From Octopus bimaculoides (lineage: Eukaryota): a stretch of 53,244 nucleotides of DNA. How positions within the stretch are numbered: position 1 is the stretch's first letter; the number at the start of each line of letters is the position of its first letter. This document shows positions 1-12,623 of the stretch, piece by piece. The notes under the pieces are model-generated. The model was not told the origin of the DNA and did not search any database. It saw only the letters and a list, made by a program, of their open reading frames with translations. Where the stretch lies: NCBI RefSeq assembly GCF_001194135.2, contig NC_068982.1:88936796-88990039 (forward strand), read 5' to 3'. The translations under genes were made by a program, and so were the position numbers.

Positions 1-489
1 TATATATATATATATATATATATTACAAGTTGCAGCTTTTTGAAGTTTCACGCTACCGACTTAATCAAGCAATTGAAAGGTGGAAGCAGCATGATATGTA
101 AGTAAAATTATATCGCAACTAGACAGAAATATTATTACTTAACACATGTTGATAAGTTGCGGAAGCCCCACTCAAAGAGTTTTCATATATGTCCATTTAT
201 TCAATTTCATCCTTGATTGCTTGCCTCTTTTCCACATAACTGTCTAGTAATTGCCAGATCCGAAGGAAAAGGTTGTGGCTGACCTTCCAGACATGGGCTC
301 TTTACTCACCAGTGGAGTCACAAGTGTAAAGTATACTTTTGTCTGTGGGCGCAATGTTCTTAATGGCCTTCCTCAGTCACGAGTGCACACCCAAGATGTG
401 TGTGTATGTATGTTGTCTGTTTGTTTCTCTCTGTGTCCGTGTGTATGTGTGTATGTGTGTGTGTATCCGTGTCTGTTTCAATACGTCTG

Positions 490-815
490 TGTGTGGCTCA
501 ATGAACGCGTCAACATAACAGTCAAGTTTTCTGTTAGCATATGGAATACGCTTCATGGAGTAATTATAACATTTATTCACCGTTGTTTGGTAGGATGCCA
601 CAATCACATGCAAACTAACGTCAGTTCATTCCGTGCAAATATTTGGGCATTTTTTGAAGTGCTAAAGATGGGGAAGTCATTGATCAGCATTACCACCAGT
701 CAAATGCTTACAGGACCCGTGCCGTTTAAACGGAAACATTACTAAGATACACTAATCAGAATACCAAACATTGTACAAGACTTCGAGAATTGCCATGGGT
801 TGAATTGTATGTATG
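490..815 (+). pseudogene. Mutator-like (MULE) transposase C-terminal relic, copy 1
   Basis: Translation ...VGCHNHMQTNVSSFRANIWAFFEVLK...QMLTGPVPFKRKHY*DTLIRIPNIVQDFENCHGL matches the MULE C-terminal pattern EGWHN...HPNIWKF..LK.E...RI..IV.DF. Colinear with 2330-2670. Confidence 0.7.
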
Positions 816-837
816 CTTGTGTGTATTTATGGTGCCA

Positions 838-915
838 GGACAACTACCCCTAGATATACATCCGTGATAGATTGTTGCTCGTGTTAGCTGGGCCTTTACA
901 TCTGGGGAGTTGCCC
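838..915. repeat. Short imperfect inverted repeat (GGACAACTACCCCTAG ... CTGGGGAGTTGCCC), possibly a subterminal remnant of the MULE
   Basis: Arms at 838-853 and 902-915 are visible in the sequence. The link to the MULE is inferred from position only. Confidence 0.4.
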
Positions 916-1489
916 AAATCAAAAGAAAGTACGATTTTTGTTGTGTAAATAATTAGCAACAGTATTTTTTGTACACGCTGAAACAATAATTGATGACTAT
1001 ATAATTACTAATTACGTTTACAAATTTTTATATGTTACCGTTTAGCTGTTATGCAATAAAAACTATTATGTAAAAATAAGACTTTATCCTACTTATAGTG
1101 GCATGCATTTTCACTATTTGAATAAAGTGCAACTTATTTTTAACTTTGACCTGTGTGATTAAACTCAACTCACATTTCCTTGTGATTTCTTTTCGTTTGG
1201 AACCAAGCAAACATCTTATCTTATCTGACATGACCTGTGCTAACGTTTGAGAGAAACTGGTAAAAACCTGTCATTTTGTTTATTAGCAATGACATCTGAC
1301 ATACTGCTGTCAGTTTAACTTAGCTTAGGAAAATATCCTCATCTACCTTAAAGTAAAACTTGCAGATTTGCAGAGAAGCAACGACTAGTCTGACATCATT
1401 GCTTGAACAGCTCCTAGTGCTTGTAAAGATTTCGAAGTAGATCATAATATTTTATATTACACTAGTATACATTTCATCCAAAATAAACA

Positions 1490-2682
1490 TGATCAAAGAG
1501 CAAGCAAATAATTTTTATACGTTATGCATATGAGAAAAATTGCTATAGCCACTGCAAAACTAAAATTAAAGGTTGTAGATATGTTGTCGTGGAAATAATT
1601 TATACGCCGTGCTTTGCACGAAATTAGAGCTCTACATGAAAGAATATTAACTGTCAAGAGACTACCTAAACAGTCATAACACAAACAGTTCAGTTCCTAT
1701 CAGAAGTTATTTTAACTCTATCACCACTTACGAAACATATTCGACGTACACAAAGGCGATACAAAGCAGTTATCAATAACACTTTCTCAGTCCTGCTCCA
1801 CTGCTATGGTTAACCCCTCTCAGTAGTTATCCTCTCTCAGTGGATGATTGAGTTTTTACAAAATCGAAACTTTCGGGCATGCAGTGAATTCAAATGATCG
1901 GTTTGGTGAGAAAACATTTAAAGTAATGACGGAAATGTTTTAGCAGCAGTATGCTATGCATTTTCTAATTCCAAAAGTAGTTATTCGTTTGGCTTATGAC
2001 CAACTGCCGAACAAACAATGAGCAACATATCATAGAAACCCCTCTTTGTCAACACTATATTCAATTCAGTGACCTTTCTCGTTGACTCTGAACAAGTAGC
2101 CAAGAGCTGTCTTTGAAGTGGTTTCCTTAAATGTATAAATCAAGAGTTGTCTCTAATATTTACTGCAAAATATATATCACTAGCTGCAATTTGAAGGCTT
2201 CAAAGAAAAACATACCGAATTTTCGCTCTGAAAATTCCTCTGCAACCAGCTTTGACGTTCAGTTTAGCAGATAAATTGACTGATGGATATGAGAAACACC
2301 AAGAGAATAGACCACCAGAAATTGGCTGACGGAATGCATCGAATTAAAGGCAAGTTCTCTATGGTAGCATACGGAATATGATTCATGGCATAATTAAAGA
2401 TTTATTTACCATTGTTTGATAGGACGACACAATCATATGCAAAATAACGTCACTTTATTCCGTCCAAATATTTGGACATTTCTTCAAGTGTTGAAGAGGG
2501 AGCAGACATGGACCAGCGTCACCGCCAATCAAATGCGTGCATCACCAGTACCGCCTGAACAGAGACCTTACCGAGATATAATAATCAGAATACCAAACAT
2601 CGTAAATGACTTCAAAAACTGCCATGGGTTGATCTTTTTGAGGTTTATATACCACAATTCACAATATTGGTGGTTTAATTAA
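1490..2682 (+). pseudogene. Near full-length decayed MULE transposase, copy 2
   Basis: From 1890: SNDRFGEKTFKVMTEMF*QQYAMHFLIPKVVIRLAYDQLPNKQ*ATY, which resembles the MULE DDE core W.ADGTFK..P..F.QLYTIH...LP.K...TY. Later: IKSCL*YLLQNIYH*LQ (cf. GCFFH..Q.IYR) and ORF 2416-2682 (GRHNHMQ...NIWTFLQVLKREQ...FLRFIYHN). Many stops and frameshifts. The 1490-1690 part is weak. Confidence 0.75.
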
Positions 2683-2888
2683 TCTGATAAAAGTTTATGG
2701 TTAATTCTTTCAAATTGATAAGAGATAAAACGTGGAAAGTAAGAATTAACTATTGAGATTATTAATTATGTATGTATAAGATATTGTAATTTTAGTGGAT
2801 ATACTCACAGTGAGAAAGAATATAAACTTTGTGCTTTGGGAGGGTCATAATTCCAATGATAAGTAAATGCACTGGCTTTATTTCAATT

Positions 2889-4140
2889 CTGTTATTATTA
2901 TTAACATAATAGTTGAACATTTGGTAGTTTCAGGTGAATTTCTACTGTATCACCTGCTACACCTCCGTGTTGCTGGAGTGTATGCAACATTCTGCTCTTT
3001 TCTGTTATTAGGAATATGCAAACACTTCCCAGGTTTGTATTACATTCGTGATTTTTTTCTCTTGCGGTCTCTTGTTGTATTACTGATTGTATTATGTGTT
3101 GAGTGTGTAATACGTTGGTTTTTTTGGATTGCTGGTGGAAGTTTATTTCACTGGATAATTGCTGTATGGATTTTTCTTGTGTTGGTGGGTTGTTTTGTTT
3201 AGGTTTTATTATTAAATTGATAGTGTCTTCCATATGATGTGGGCTGTTCTTACCAGGGCTATTTTTCTGGATAGTGTCTAGAGCTTCTACGTTTATGTTC
3301 ATATTTTATTTTTTATCATGCCCAATGCTCCAGTTATTATTGTTTTCACCTTTACGTTCCACATCTTGAATACTTCAAGTTCGGGGTTCTTGTACTTTGA
3401 CAATTCCTCCTCGTCTTTTGGACAATCTTTTGATCAGGCTGCAATGTCTATCAGTAAGCAAGTGTTTTCCCCCAGTCCTTGTTTCTTATATCTGAACGAT
3501 TAGCTCTTATTTCTTTGTCGGTTTGAATCGTCATATCCCAGATGATTGTGGTCTGGTCATTGTCTTGTACCTTGTTTGGCACATGTTTATATAATCTATT
3601 GTCAGTTTTAATGTTGTAGTGTTGGTATATTGTTCTTTCCCGGTCATGTTTGTATATATATTTAGATTTGGCAAGGACTGAGCAGCCAGAGATGATGTGG
3701 TCAATAGTCTGATTGTTCTGATTGCACATTCTGCATTTGGTGTTAGGGCCTATTTTCATTAATTTGGCTTAATGAAAGGTAGTCAGAAGTTAATCATGTG
3801 CAGCGAGAATCAGTTCTTCCGTTTCAGCTTGTAGCCATTGTTTGCTTCTATTTAGGCTCAGTTCCTCTCTGTCAAGCCTTTCAGGGTATTCGCCATAGAA
3901 TGATTTTTCTCACCATTTCTACTCTAGTATGTTTTGTAATTCTGTTTTCATATTGTTTCTGGTTTCTCTAACCATTTCTGTTACGTTGTCATCTGAAGTC
4001 AGTTTATCAGCGTGGTTTGTTTCTATGTTGTATTTTGTCGCCTCCTTGTGTATAAAGAAAAGCGTTAAATTTTTTTCGTGTTTCTTTATTTGTATAGAGA
4101 AAGACGTTTTCTTTTTCGCGTCTTCCTTATTATCATTATA
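2889..4140 (-). mobile_element. R4/Dong-type RLE non-LTR retrotransposon, 5'-truncated, with ~320 bp 3' UTR
   Basis: CCHC finger CRMCNQNNQTIDHIISGC, WDMTIQTDKEIRANRSDI, and C-terminus QKIALVRTAHIIWKTLSI* (stop ~3212). The 5' junction sits in the (TAA)n array at 4140. Confidence 0.85.
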
Positions 4141-4141
4141 G

Positions 4142-4199
<58 letters not shown>
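4140..4199. repeat. (TTA)n microsatellite between two Dong/R4 copies
   Basis: Direct read. Confidence 0.95.
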
Positions 4200-5490
4200 A
4201 ACTTAAGATTACATAGACAGTATTTTACATAGGATATGGGCAGTTCCCATGAGCACTATCTTTTGAATTTCTGCCATTTTGGGGTTTCCTGGTATCGGAG
4301 CTAGGTAGCAGTCAGCCCCTTCTTTTATCATTCCTAGGGTATCTATGACAATTGGTATTCTTCTAGTCTTGAGGTTCCACATTTTGCCAATTTCTATTTC
4401 AAGACCTTTACACTTGCTCAATTTTTGGTTGGTCTTGACTGAGACATATCAATTAGGACAGTCATATCAATGAAGAGGCATGATCTTCTCCGCCATTCTT
4501 GGGGTTTTGCTTTGTCTATTGCTGTTTGCTTGTCTATTTCTGTTTAACTTAACCAAATATTTGCCATGTAATGGCTTTTCTTGCATCGTTTTATCATGTT
4601 ACGTTGCTGTTCCAGTTTTAGATTGAATTTCTCTTATTTTACATCTTTTGTTGTTTCTTCTTTTTCATCATAGTTGTTAGATGCGATAAAGTGTTTTTTT
4701 GTATTCGTCAACTTTCTTAAAGGCAGAAAACAGGGTTTTTTCGCTAGGTTTTTGTATCTATTTGTATTAGTTTTCCTTGCTTCTGAAGTAGGTATTTCTG
4801 TTGTCTTATGGTGGTTATTTCGTAATAGATTTCTAGCTGCATAAGGTCACCACAACCCTTGATACGTTGTATATATAACCTTTTTATCTCATATTTTGGG
4901 TGGTGCATCCTAAATCCTGTAATTATTTTTCTTGTTTTCCCTTCTATTTTGATTAGTTCATTTAGTTAAGAATATTGTTGCTGTAACATATAACTGGGAC
5001 GGCTAGAGTATTGACACATATTATCTTGTTTTTCGAATTGAGGACTGTTTTCAATATTAATCTAACTCGTCTATAGTATTCCTTTCTTATCTTCTCTTTC
5101 ATTTGTGTGTGTTGTATCCTATCTAGTTCATTAATTCTTAAATATTTACGTCTGGTTTGGGTCTAATTCTCTTATTTCATTTGCTTTATATTGTGTGATG
5201 TTGATACTCTTAACTAGTTTTCCTATTTTCAAGGTTACTTTGGCACATTTTTCTAAGCCAAATTTCATGTTTATTTCTTTGGTAAAACCATGTAGTCTGT
5301 AGTAACGTTTCCAGCTGTTTATCATTTGTAGCATACAGTTTTAGATAACACACATACAAGAGATGGTTGGTTGTTTTGTCGTAACAGTTGTATCCACATC
5401 CATTTCTATTTAGCATGTCAGATAAAGGTGACAGTGCCAAGCAGAAAAGGAGTGGTGCCTCCTTGGAATATTCCTCTTTTAACGGGGATG
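4200..5490 (-). mobile_element. R4/Dong-type LINE with internal deletion (RT C-half fused to RLE end)
   Basis: RT motifs (KRGIFQG, LALSPLSDML, NHLLY..xLKLYA, MKFGLEKCAK) at 5150-5490. RLE end IEIGKMWNLK...GTAHILCKILSM* at 4209-4421. The CCHC finger is missing. Paralogous to 24480-25400. Confidence 0.85.
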
Positions 5491-5519
5491 GCTATTATTA
5501 TTATTATTATTATTATTAT
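5490..5519. repeat. (TTA)n microsatellite
   Basis: Direct read. It is the tail of the 5520-5753 copy and the 5' junction of the 4200-5490 copy. Confidence 0.95.
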
Positions 5520-5753
5520 TGTTCAGTAGTTTTATTTTTATAACGTGCTTTCACTTCACTACCGAGCGCAGCTCTGTGCGCCTTGGGTATGTGCTGTGGT
5601 GCTCTTATGTTTACTGTATTGAAAGTGTTTTGCGTAGAATGTGTGCAGTACTCAGTAGTGCAATTTTCTGTATGTTATATATATTTGTAAGTCCTTGTGT
5701 TTTTGTTATGTATTTGTCTGAATATTTTTTTATTATACCTAAGGCACCTACTA
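5520..5753 (-). mobile_element. R4/Dong-type LINE 3' end (rest lies in the N gap)
   Basis: VGALGIIKKYSDKYITKTQGLTNIYNIQKIALLSTAHILRKTLSIQ*, then a ~90 bp 3' UTR and a (TAA)n tail. Confidence 0.85.
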
Positions 5754-6594
5754 NNNNNNNNNNNNNNNNNNNNNNNNNNNNNNNNNNNNNNNNNNNNNNN
5801 NNNNNNNNNNNNNNNNNNNNNNNNNNNNNNNNNNNNNNNNNNNNNNNNNNNNNNNNNNNNNNNNNNNNNNNNNNNNNNNNNNNNNNNNNNNNNNNNNNNN
5901 NNNNNNNNNNNNNNNNNNNNNNNNNNNNNNNNNNNNNNNNNNNNNNNNNNNNNNNNNNNNNNNNNNNNNNNNNNNNNNNNNNNNNNNNNNNNNNNNNNNN
6001 NNNNNNNNNNNNNNNNNNNNNNNNNNNNNNNNNNNNNNNNNNNNNNNNNNNNNNNNNNNNNNNNNNNNNNNNNNNNNNNNNNNNNNNNNNNNNNNNNNNN
6101 NNNNNNNNNNNNNNNNNNNNNNNNNNNNNNNNNNNNNNNNNNNNNNNNNNNNNNNNNNNNNNNNNNNNNNNNNNNNNNNNNNNNNNNNNNNNNNNNNNNN
6201 NNNNNNNNNNNNNNNNNNNNNNNNNNNNNNNNNNNNNNNNNNNNNNNNNNNNNNNNNNNNNNNNNNNNNNNNNNNNNNNNNNNNNNNNNNNNNNNNNNNN
6301 NNNNNNNNNNNNNNNNNNNNNNNNNNNNNNNNNNNNNNNNNNNNNNNNNNNNNNNNNNNNNNNNNNNNNNNNNNNNNNNNNNNNNNNNNNNNNNNNNNNN
6401 NNNNNNNNNNNNNNNNNNNNNNNNNNNNNNNNNNNNNNNNNNNNATCTTTAGATGCAGGTCGGTTTGCTGTATCGTTTACAGGTTCTGATATAGATTCTA
6501 CATAAAAATATTTTTGGGAATGTGAGCGAGAAGGTATGTGTGTGTGTAAGCCTGTGTGTGTAAGTGTGTGTGTGTATGTGTGTAAGTGTGCATG

Positions 6595-6635
<41 letters not shown>

Positions 6636-6949
6636 CACACAAACACAGATTTATGTTTGTATGTTTACTAACCTAACGTACAAACCAGTGTATATTTACT
6701 AACCTATATGCCTATAATTCTTTAATTCCTCTGGTAAGGAGTTTGGTAAGGTTGATCTGTGTTCGCTGCAATGCCAGATCTACACCGGGTTTTGCCGATC
6801 GATCTAATGCCAAAATGTCTAATCATGATGGTATGCAACAACATTACACACGTATGCACATATATGTGGACTTGTAAATGATTCTACATAGTGTGTAGTT
6901 TTGGGAGGGCTGCTGTGCCTGGTTGTGTGATTATTGCATTTTATCTGCA

Positions 6950-7720
6950 TTTTTATTAAGTGTTGTTTTTCATTTACTTATTAGTGTAGATTCACATATC
7001 TGTCGTAAATTTGTCTTATATGGGTATGTGAATACGATATATATGTCTATATTATTCAAGATGCCGACATGTTTATCATTTGCACGCCTCTTCTCCTATT
7101 ACTATATTCTCTCCAGAGCATCTCCATTCTCTCAACCAGGTTTCTGACAGTTGCCCCTATATATTCTGTGGTCGAGTTCTTGCATTCACTCTTCTATTAT
7201 ATTAACTGATAAACTATGTTCTTCGCTTTACAGTTGATTATAGGAGTCATACTACACACAATACATTTCTCATTGATGCATGTAGTCCTATCAAAGGGGT
7301 ATATGCTACTTAGTTGTAATCTAAGGAGTTTTCCAGGTTTCTCGACTTGTTTAACTCTAAGTTTAGCATAACTGAAGGCTTCCCTACACTTTCGGGATAA
7401 TCCTCCCTTAGGTATCGCGTCAATAAACATTACCGCTTGGAACTTGTCACTAGTGTACCACGTGTTTGCTTTATCAGCCTTTTTACTAATCATTTGTAGC
7501 CTGTTCCATAGTTTGTTACAATATCTCGGCAGAACTCTATTAGTATCATTCCTTAGAATAAATTTCATCAAACGTGTTTCTTTGCCTCCTCGTACACTCG
7601 GATGCAATTATTTTGGTTGTAACGTTAGAAGATCATGTAGTGCATATTTTGTGGGGTCTCATTTCACAGGGTTCTCACAACAGGGATATATTATTCATTA
7701 AACTATGTCTGCTACAACCA
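6950..7720 (-). mobile_element. Penelope-like element relic: RT-thumb/linker, Cys cluster and GIY-YIG endonuclease
   Basis: ORF 7197-7607 (VMFIDAIPKGGLS...VKQVEKPGK...PFDRTTCINEKCIVC...CKAKNIVYQL) followed by ECKNSTTEYIGATVRNLVER (C..YIGET.R) and RQICESTLI. Confidence 0.75.
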
Positions 7721-8644
7721 TATATATTTTAACATTATTGGGAATTCCTATGAACTAAGTACTTAGAAGCCAAGCGTTTTGCATAATATGAATAGAAGAT
7801 CTGTATTTGTTATATGTTATCATTAGACAGAGTAGGGTATCAAGGGCGGGAAATCCATAATTTGGCGATATAGCTGAGTAGCCTATTGCCACTTTGATAT
7901 TTGGGATGCTTTCGGTGGTACTCTATTCAAATACGTTAGATTAAGTAAACCTTTTAATTAAGTCAGACCTACAAAGCTATACGTTGGAGCGCGTGACCAC
8001 TCATACAAGTGAGTCTGCTGTAGGTTAGTTAACATACACTTGCGTGTTAGTAGACATACATTTTTACCAAACCTAATGCGCCTACATCTGTATGTTTCTT
8101 TTAGTGTATGTGTGTGTACGCGTAAATGCATACATTTATATGCTTTCCATATACGTCTGTAAAATATAGCAACTGGTTAGATTAATTCCTTATTATTTAC
8201 TCCTTTGTGTTATTAAAATCAAAGCGAAGACAATCATAAAACTGTAATAATCTATGCCATCCCCAAAATAAACAGTTGCTGAACATGATTGTCTATATAC
8301 GCGAACACAGGCTCTGGCATACACATACACGCGGTTCATTCACAAAGACAAATACACTAAGCGCTGAATAAATAAATGCTTAACCACTTAACAGTTTCAC
8401 AGAATGTAAACCATGTGAGAAATGTGTGTTGTTCATGTGGCTTTGTTATTACTTCTAAACTTTATGTTGATCAATCTAGAGAATTATCATTATGACCGGG
8501 ATATACATTTAATGTCGATGATGAGAAACCAGTTTGAGAAATGCAAATACAAGATATTCTCTGGCCTTGCGACATTCTGTACTTCTGCCGATCATTGACA
8601 TATGAATAGAAGTTAATTAAAGCGATAGAAGCAGTATCAACATC

Positions 8645-8841
8645 TTTTCTGCCATAGGCCCAAGGCCTGAAATTTTGGGGGAGGGTCTAAGTCGATTACA
8701 TCGATCTCAGTAGTGCTGAACTGATACTGGAAGAAAGGTAAAGTCGACCTCGGCAGAATTTGAAATCAGAACATAAAGACGGATGAAATCTTGCTAAGTA
8801 TTTTTCCCGGCGTGCTAATGATTCTGCCAGCTCGTCGCCTT
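8645..8841 (-). mobile_element. tRNA-derived SINE, family B
   Basis: Matches the copies at 28672 and 32562. A-box-like TGGCAGAATCATTAG and B-box-like GATTTCAAATTC on the minus strand. Confidence 0.8.
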
Positions 8842-10063
8842 AGAAGTACTATTAATATCAGTAATATTTCACATCACATAAAACGTGACCGTTGTGTTAG
8901 AACGTTTCATATTGTTTGGTGGTTCGTATGTGCACTCTTGTTTATATCACTAGCAGGAGACAATCACCGCCGCTAGCACTATCAAATCACGTGATTCGGA
9001 TTTCCTTGGCCTTGTCTTCCGCTAGCAATGTAAACAAGAGTGCCTATATGCACCACAGAGTCAGATGAACGTTATTTTTCGTAGTAATTATTGCTGTATT
9101 TTGTGTGCCAACACAACATCCACATGTAAGTGATGATAAATATTACCTTATATATATATGTATATATATATATATATNNNNNNNNNNNNNNNNNNNNNNN
9201 NNNNNNNNNNNNNNNNNNNNNNNNNNNNNNNNNNNNNNNNNNNNNNNNNNNNNNNNNNNNNNNNNNNNNNATATATACAATGAACTTCGGTGGTAGTCGG
9301 AGTATGGACTCTTCTTCCGAGTCGATTGTTGTATTTCTATAGATGTTCACATTACTGTCCATACATATATATATAAATATATACATGCATGCATGCATAT
9401 CTACATATATGTATATATGAGAGAGAGATACAGAGAGAAAGCATGTAGTTACATTTGCAGACAGACATTTGTTATTCAATGTTGTTTTAAACAATTGTGC
9501 TATTAACATGGATCTTGTTTTAATTCTTTTTTTTTATATTGAACCAAAATTTATATTTTTACCAAACAATTTCATACTGCTATTTTGTATCTTATTTTAT
9601 ATTATTTAATCAAATAATAAAAAAATTCCAAATTTTGTGGCATTCATTCTTTGCAGTCTGGATTGATTTAACCGTTTTTCTTTTGAACATTTTGATTACT
9701 GCTTAAAAAAAACACGAACGTAAACTTGTTGAATTTTGCGATTCGAACTCTAGAGTATCAGAATCAACAAACGATTTTTCATTTTGTCTTTTTTTTTTTA
9801 CATTTTAATGGTATAAAAATTACTTTAAATATAACCATAAAGAATCCCAGTCGAATATTTGATCATTGTATTTTTATATAAAGTATCAGCAACTTTGGAA
9901 ATTGTACAGTTATTTTCAAAAATGTAAAATTGTCAACAATGTATAGAAAATTATCAAATGCATAATTTCTTTTGCGAAATATTTGTTTTAACGTTTGTCC
10001 TTTTAAGATATATATATAATGGGCGGGCACAGATCGTTGGAAAAATGTATGAGAATATATATT

Positions 10064-10222
10064 CAGGCTCTTTAAGTTCTCAGTTCAAATCCTGCTAAGG
10101 TCAACTTTGCCTTTGCGGGCCAATGAAATAAAGTACTAGTCAAGTACTTGAATTGATGTGATAGAATATGAATGACCCCACTTCGTCAAAACTGCTGGCC
10201 TTGTACCTAGATTAGAAACAAA
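10064..10222 (+). mobile_element. SINE family B, degraded and 5'-truncated
   Basis: AGTTCAAATCCTGC...GTCAACTTTGCCTTT...GGCCTTGTACCTAG aligns to 28745-28885. Confidence 0.65.
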
Positions 10223-10420
10223 CTTTAGATCAAAAAGGAAACGTGTTTTCGAAAAGAATTTTCTGTATTCAGCAGTCCAGGCGAAGTATACTGGCTCACT
10301 TCTGCTCGTGTTTCTATTGTAACTACGTTATTAAAATTATTGAAAATGTGTGGAATGAATAATGCATACTGTACATACGTTTTTATACGTCGTTTATTAT
10401 AAACTATATAGCACGAGCGT

Positions 10421-10795
10421 GGAGGCGCCATGGCCCAGTGGTTAGGGCAGCGGACTCGCGGTCATACGATCGCGGTTTCGATTCCCAGACGGGAATTGTG
10501 AGTGTTTATTGAGCAAAAACACCTAAAACTCCACGAGGCCTCCCGGAAGGGGAAGGTGGTGAACCCTGCTGTACTCTTTCACCACAACTTTCTCTCACTC
10601 TTACTTCCTGTTTCTGTTGTGCCTGTATTTCAAAGGGACCAGCCTTGTCACACTCTGTGTCACGCTGAATATCCCCGAGAACTACGTTAAGGGTACACGT
10701 GTCTGTGGAGTACTCACGTTAATTTCACGAGCAGGCTGTTCCGTTGATCGGATCAACTGGAACCCTCGACGTCGTAAGCGACGGAGTGCCACACC
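10421..10795 (+). mobile_element. tRNA-derived SINE, family C
   Basis: A box TGGCCCAGTGGTTAGG and B box GGTTTCGATTCCC, followed by a ~300 bp non-tRNA body. No tRNA acceptor end. Confidence 0.75.
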
Positions 10796-11622
10796 ATAGC
10801 ACAAGCTTGATAAACAAGTATGGAACGAAATCACCAGCATACTCTCTAATATTTGTTCTGCCTACAATACGACTACGTTGGCAATACTTAAGTCTTAATA
10901 TGCTGTTGTACGACCTTGTTTCATTTCAGAGAAAAGTTCATACAGCCGAAATTGAACCCACAGTCTAAGTTTCAGCAGTAGAGTAGCTGTTCCACTGAAC
11001 TATGGAGTCTTGAAAAGTATACCGGTAATAACTATATACCCTGTTTAATTTAAAATGTTTTATTTCCTATTCAATTTTCACAAGGAAATAATATCCTCGA
11101 TTACCTTCCATTGTTTACCAGTGAGCTGTCTTCGAATAAAATAAATGTCGTATGTATTAACAGATTATTTCTTCAATTTCCTTCCATAGTAAAGTATTCC
11201 TATAATACGTGTTAGCGATAATATTATAGATTACATAAACAACATAAATGTCTTGTAGTGGCTGCATTAGGTATGAAAAGGAAAATATATCCAACAAATT
11301 ATTAGTTTTCTACAATTTCTCTGACTGAAAATTAGAATTATTACTGTTTGAATGTATTGCGAATGAAATTGTAATTACATTGTGAACAAAACTACTTATA
11401 GTCGTTAAATAAAGATGGAACCAATTTATATAGAAAAATATACATTTTATAATTCGTAAATGCACATATATTTTAAAGAAAATAATACGTCGTAAATTGA
11501 TAATATTCAGTTTGTAATTTTTTAAAATAATTAAAGCTGCAGATTTTTACTTTCATCCTGAACCAATGGACTACAGAGGGGTAGAGAGTGAGAAACAGAT
11601 AAAGAGAGGGGCACAAATAAAC

Positions 11623-11790
11623 ATAGGCGCATGCGTGGCTGTGTGGTAAGAATCTTGTTTTCCAACGACATAGTTCCCGGTTCAGTCCCACTGCGTGGCA
11701 CCTTGGGCGAGTGTCTTCTACCATAGCCACGAGCCGACCAAAGCCTTGTGAGTGGATTTGGTAGACAAAAACTGAAAGAAGCCCGTCGGG
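11623..11790 (+). mobile_element. tRNA-derived SINE family A, 5' half running into (TA)n(TG)n and a gap
   Basis: Near-identical to 21754-21920. Confidence 0.85.
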
Positions 11791-11841
<51 letters not shown>

Positions 11842-12563
11842 NNNNNNNNNNNNNNNNNNNNNNNNNNNNNNNNNNNNNNNNNNNNNNNNNNNNNNNNNNN
11901 NNNNNNNNNNNNNNNNNNNNNNNNNNNNNNNNNNNNNNNNNNNNNNNNNNNNNNNNNNNNNNNNNNNNNNNNNNNNNNNNNNNNNNNNNNNNNNNNNNNN
12001 NNNNNNNNNNNNNNNNNNNNNNNNNNNNNNNNNNNNNNNNNNNNNNNNNNNNNNNNNNNNNNNNNNNNNNNNNNNNNNNNNNNNNNNNNNNNNNNNNNNN
12101 NNNNNNNNNNNNNNNNNNNNNNNNNNNNNNNNNNNNNNNNNNNNNNNNNNNNNNNNNNNNNNNNNNNNNNNNNNNNNNNNNNNNNNNNNNNNNNNNNNNN
12201 NNNNNNNNNNNNNNNNNNNNNNNNNNNNNNNNNNNNNNNNNNNNNNNNNNNNNNNNNNNNNNNNNNNNNNNNNNNNNNNNNNNNNNNNNNNNNNNNNNNN
12301 NNNNNNNNNNNNNNNNNNNNNNNNNNNNNNNNNNNNNNNNNNNNNNNNNNNNNNNNNNNNNNNNNNNNNNNNNNNNNNNNNNNNNNNNNNNNNNNNNNNN
12401 NNNNNNNNNNNNNNNNNNNNNNNNNNNNNNNNNNNNNNNNNNNNNNNNNNNNNNNNNNNNNNNNNNNNNNNNNNNNNNNNNNNNNNNNNNNNNNNNNNNN
12501 NNNNNNNNNNNNNNNNNNNNNNNNNNNNNNNNNNNNNNNNNNNNNNNNNNNNNNNNNNNNNNN

Positions 12564-12623
<60 letters not shown>

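Noticed and set aside
2901-3302. 133 aa minus-strand ORF
   Set aside because: Off-frame read through the Dong C-terminus and its A/C-rich 3' UTR.
10421-10495. tRNA gene
   Set aside because: A and B boxes are present, but there is no acceptor-stem closure and it continues into a SINE body. The same applies to the other SINE heads and to a degraded head at ~10945-11005 (-).
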